Shown here: positions 62,601 through 64,000 of the stretch, piece after piece
Layout: each line of letters opens with the position of its first letter
Numbering within the stretch: the stretch's first letter is position 1
Program-made: the position numbers and the translations under genes
DNA from: Alphaproteobacteria bacterium
GTDB taxonomy: Bacteria; Pseudomonadota; Alphaproteobacteria; SP197
Direction: 5' to 3'
Length of the DNA: 64,000 nt
Assembly: GCA_965228895.1 (NCBI GenBank)
Contig: OZ245842.1
Span: 3,872,001-3,936,000, forward strand
The notes under the pieces: generated by a model
Told to the model about the DNA's origin: nothing
Seen by the model: the letters and a program-made list of their open reading frames with translations, nothing else
Databases searched by the model: none

Positions 62601-64000
62601 CGACATGACCGTTGCCGCACCCGTGGTGGCCGACCTCTCCCTGCCACGCTTCCTGGCGCCCGGTGACCGTGCCTGGGCGACACTTGCCGTCGACAATGTC
62701 AGCGGCACGCCCGGCCCGTACAGCTTCCAGGTCAACGCCGGTGGCGCCGTGACGATCATCGGCGCGAACCAGCAGAGCATCGATCTGGCGGTCGGCGACG
62801 GCACCGGTCTGCAATTCGAGCTGGTCGGCGACCATCTTGGCGTGGCGGACATCCAGCTCACCGTGACCGGTCCCGACGACTATCTGGAGGTGCGGTCGTG
62901 GGGCCTGACCGTGCGACCGGCGACACGCGCCGATGTCACGCGTGTCTCGATGACACTCGAGCCCGGCGCATCCGACAGTGTGAGTACATCGTTGTCAGAC
63001 GGTCTCTATCCAGAGTCCGTCGTTGCCACGATCGGCCTCAACACCGTGCCGGCGTTCGACGTCAAAGGTCTGCTCGATGAACTCGCCGCATACGGTTACG
63101 CCTGCGCCGAACAGACGACGAGCCGCGCCTTGCCCCTGCTCTATTTTACGAGCGACGGCATGCTGGGCCCGGATGATGTCATCGAGAACCTCACCACCCA
63201 CCACGATGTCGATGAGGCCGTGCGCAGCGTGCTCGCCATGCAGCGGCCCGACGGCACCTTCGGTTACTGGTGGTGGTACAATGACACCAATCTGTGGCTT
63301 TCGACCTATGTCATGGACTTTCTGGTCCGCGCGCGCGAACGCGGCGTCTTCGTGCCTGAATTCGGCTATGACCGCGGCATCAAGGCGCTGCAACGCGCCG
63401 TCGCCGATTGGCGCGACGAGTCCGGCGACCTCGCCTACGCCTATTATGTGCTCGCCAGAAGCGGCAACAGCGACCTCGCCGAGCTCGAGTACTTCGCCAC
63501 GACGCATTATGAGGACGAGTGGTTCCTGGACGAGGCCTTCATCGCCGCGTCGTTCGATCTGCTCGGCGATCCCGAACGGGCTGCCGAGGTCGCGGCCGGC
63601 ATCAACCCCAACTTGGAAGATCTGCAGAGTCACGAGTGGTCGTGGCGCTATCGTTCGGTTTTGACCGATCTCGCCGCCGCCACGGCGGTGCTCGGCGAGA
63701 GTCGGTCGATCCCGGCGGCCAAGGTCCTGAACCTCGCCCAGCTGACGTCGGAGGTCTATGCCACGCGCCGTTGGATCAGCACCCACGAGGAAGCCTGGAT
63801 GCTGCTGGCGGCACGCAGCCTTGACCGTTTCACCGGCGACGTCCGAGCGACACTCGGCGGCGAAACCATTGACCAGAGCCAGGGTTTGAGCCGCGATCTC
63901 GCCTGGCCGCCGGCAGGCGGGTCGCTCGACGTGGCCAACCAGGGCGACAAACCGCTCTACGCGACCGTCACCGTGCGCGGCTATCCGATGGAAGCGCCGC
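59683..64000 (+). CDS. Bacterial alpha-2-macroglobulin; 3' end outside window
   Basis: Not in ORF track; my frame +1 translation: MTARGLATVWCLVLLAMGLSGPYALAQD..., LCLEGLKHGERY, YLYTERGIYRPGE, LAAVDDGILQLT, PDFNGRLKLMAVAW, PRFLAPGD, thioester CAEQ at 63103-63114. Confidence 0.93.
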   Translation, partial: MTARGLATVWCLVLLAMGLSGPYALAQDTKTLPSLEVTDLAVDPESDPPLACISFDERLAESEGLDWKSFVRIDPDADIAITARRNFLCLEGLKHGERYDVTLKAGLAGTTSALAEDVPLQIVMPDRAPTVSFAAGDDVLPRVGVQGLPVTTVNVPILVLKVFRINERAVAARGGSDLQGGEVYSWTLDDLENESGELLWSGEMDIAGTMNKDVRTAIPLNEVIGTLEPGLYVATALDARRADDDYPAWESQPFMVSNLGVATALGDSGLDVTVRSLADATPLAGVTLELIARNDAVLGTIVTDADGYARFDPGMVRGTGGNRPKLLTATDSEGDYVYVDLASAPIDLSDRGVSGRAPSGPLDAYLYTERGIYRPGETAHITAILRDENGAAASDLPLTFRVLRPDGQEVLQRTSADDEDGGHLLTLDIAGNAYTGTWTVEAYVDPDGARVGQVNFLVDDFVPPRIEVEMSASPDVLSVKTPEATVDVEARFLYGSPAGNLAAELSQVVAKSVHPFADLQDYYFGLAEENVLPRQLDDIAFTTDDAGQASLAIAVPPDEGVQSPVELQLRATVFDVGGRPVSRELTLPIVQQPMLLGIRPSFEDDRAPWRQPAEFDVIAVDWSGQRIDKSGLQWDLFREQYDWVWYEDDQWQYRGVLYDRHIAGGRFDAAADTPARIAAEIDWGWFRLEVYDAETGIASSYRFRGGWSYGVAGSDGTPDAVTVTLSEQVYAPGDTAAVFVQPPFDAEVEIAVMDSGVRDIMRVAVPKEGMEISLPIEATWSPGVYVVATAYNKTPMADELISRRAIGAVWMAVEEPDQRLTVTIDAPDSIEPTQTLAVPIQVSGQAAGTKAFVTLAAVDDGILQLTRFDAPDPASYLLDQRRLGVDLRDIYGRLIDPSASALGQLRSGGDMMRGAGVGSLPQRSSKVVSLFSGIVETDADGRAVIELDIPDFNGRLKLMAVAWTVAGVGAAAVDMTVAAPVVADLSLPRFLAPGDRAWATLAVDNVSGTPGPYSFQVNAGGAVTIIGANQQSIDLAVGDGTGLQFELVGDHLGVADIQLTVTGPDDYLEVRSWGLTVRPATRADVTRVSMTLEPGASDSVSTSLSDGLYPESVVATIGLNTVPAFDVKGLLDELAAYGYACAEQTTSRALPLLYFTSDGMLGPDDVIENLTTHHDVDEAVRSVLAMQRPDGTFGYWWWYNDTNLWLSTYVMDFLVRARERGVFVPEFGYDRGIKALQRAVADWRDESGDLAYAYYVLARSGNSDLAELEYFATTHYEDEWFLDEAFIAASFDLLGDPERAAEVAAGINPNLEDLQSHEWSWRYRSVLTDLAAATAVLGESRSIPAAKVLNLAQLTSEVYATRRWISTHEEAWMLLAARSLDRFTGDVRATLGGETIDQSQGLSRDLAWPPAGGSLDVANQGDKPLYATVTVRGYPMEAP

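Overview
GC-rich alphaproteobacterial chromosome segment, probably Rhodospirillales-like and possibly marine (inferred from gene content). A conserved core block (ubiG / lysC-NMO-rodZ-ispG-hisS-hemA-prfA-prmC-DUF4167-clpB, about 36-50 kb) sits among many accessory catabolic genes. Main points of interest: (1) an atypical arsenic-type operon (38-bp palindromic operator, ArsI/CadI, SDR, Nif11-like peptide, Cys-bearing CMD/AhpD protein, ArsR, second ArsI/CadI) with no arsC, acr3/arsB, arsM or arsH; (2) a heme-oxygenase-like diiron oxidase translationally coupled to hppD under a divergent Lrp regulator, where phhA often sits; (3) a divergent urease (fused gamma-beta plus alpha) with intact metal ligands, a remodelled substrate pocket and no adjacent accessory genes; (4) a BesD-family 2OG-Fe(II) hydroxylase coupled to a DddP-like lyase; (5) two families of dispersed palindromic repeats, one showing compensatory stem changes and supplying stop codons to flanking genes. 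I recognised no rRNA, tRNA, CRISPR array, transposase or integrase. All assignments come from motif recognition by eye; no database searches were run.
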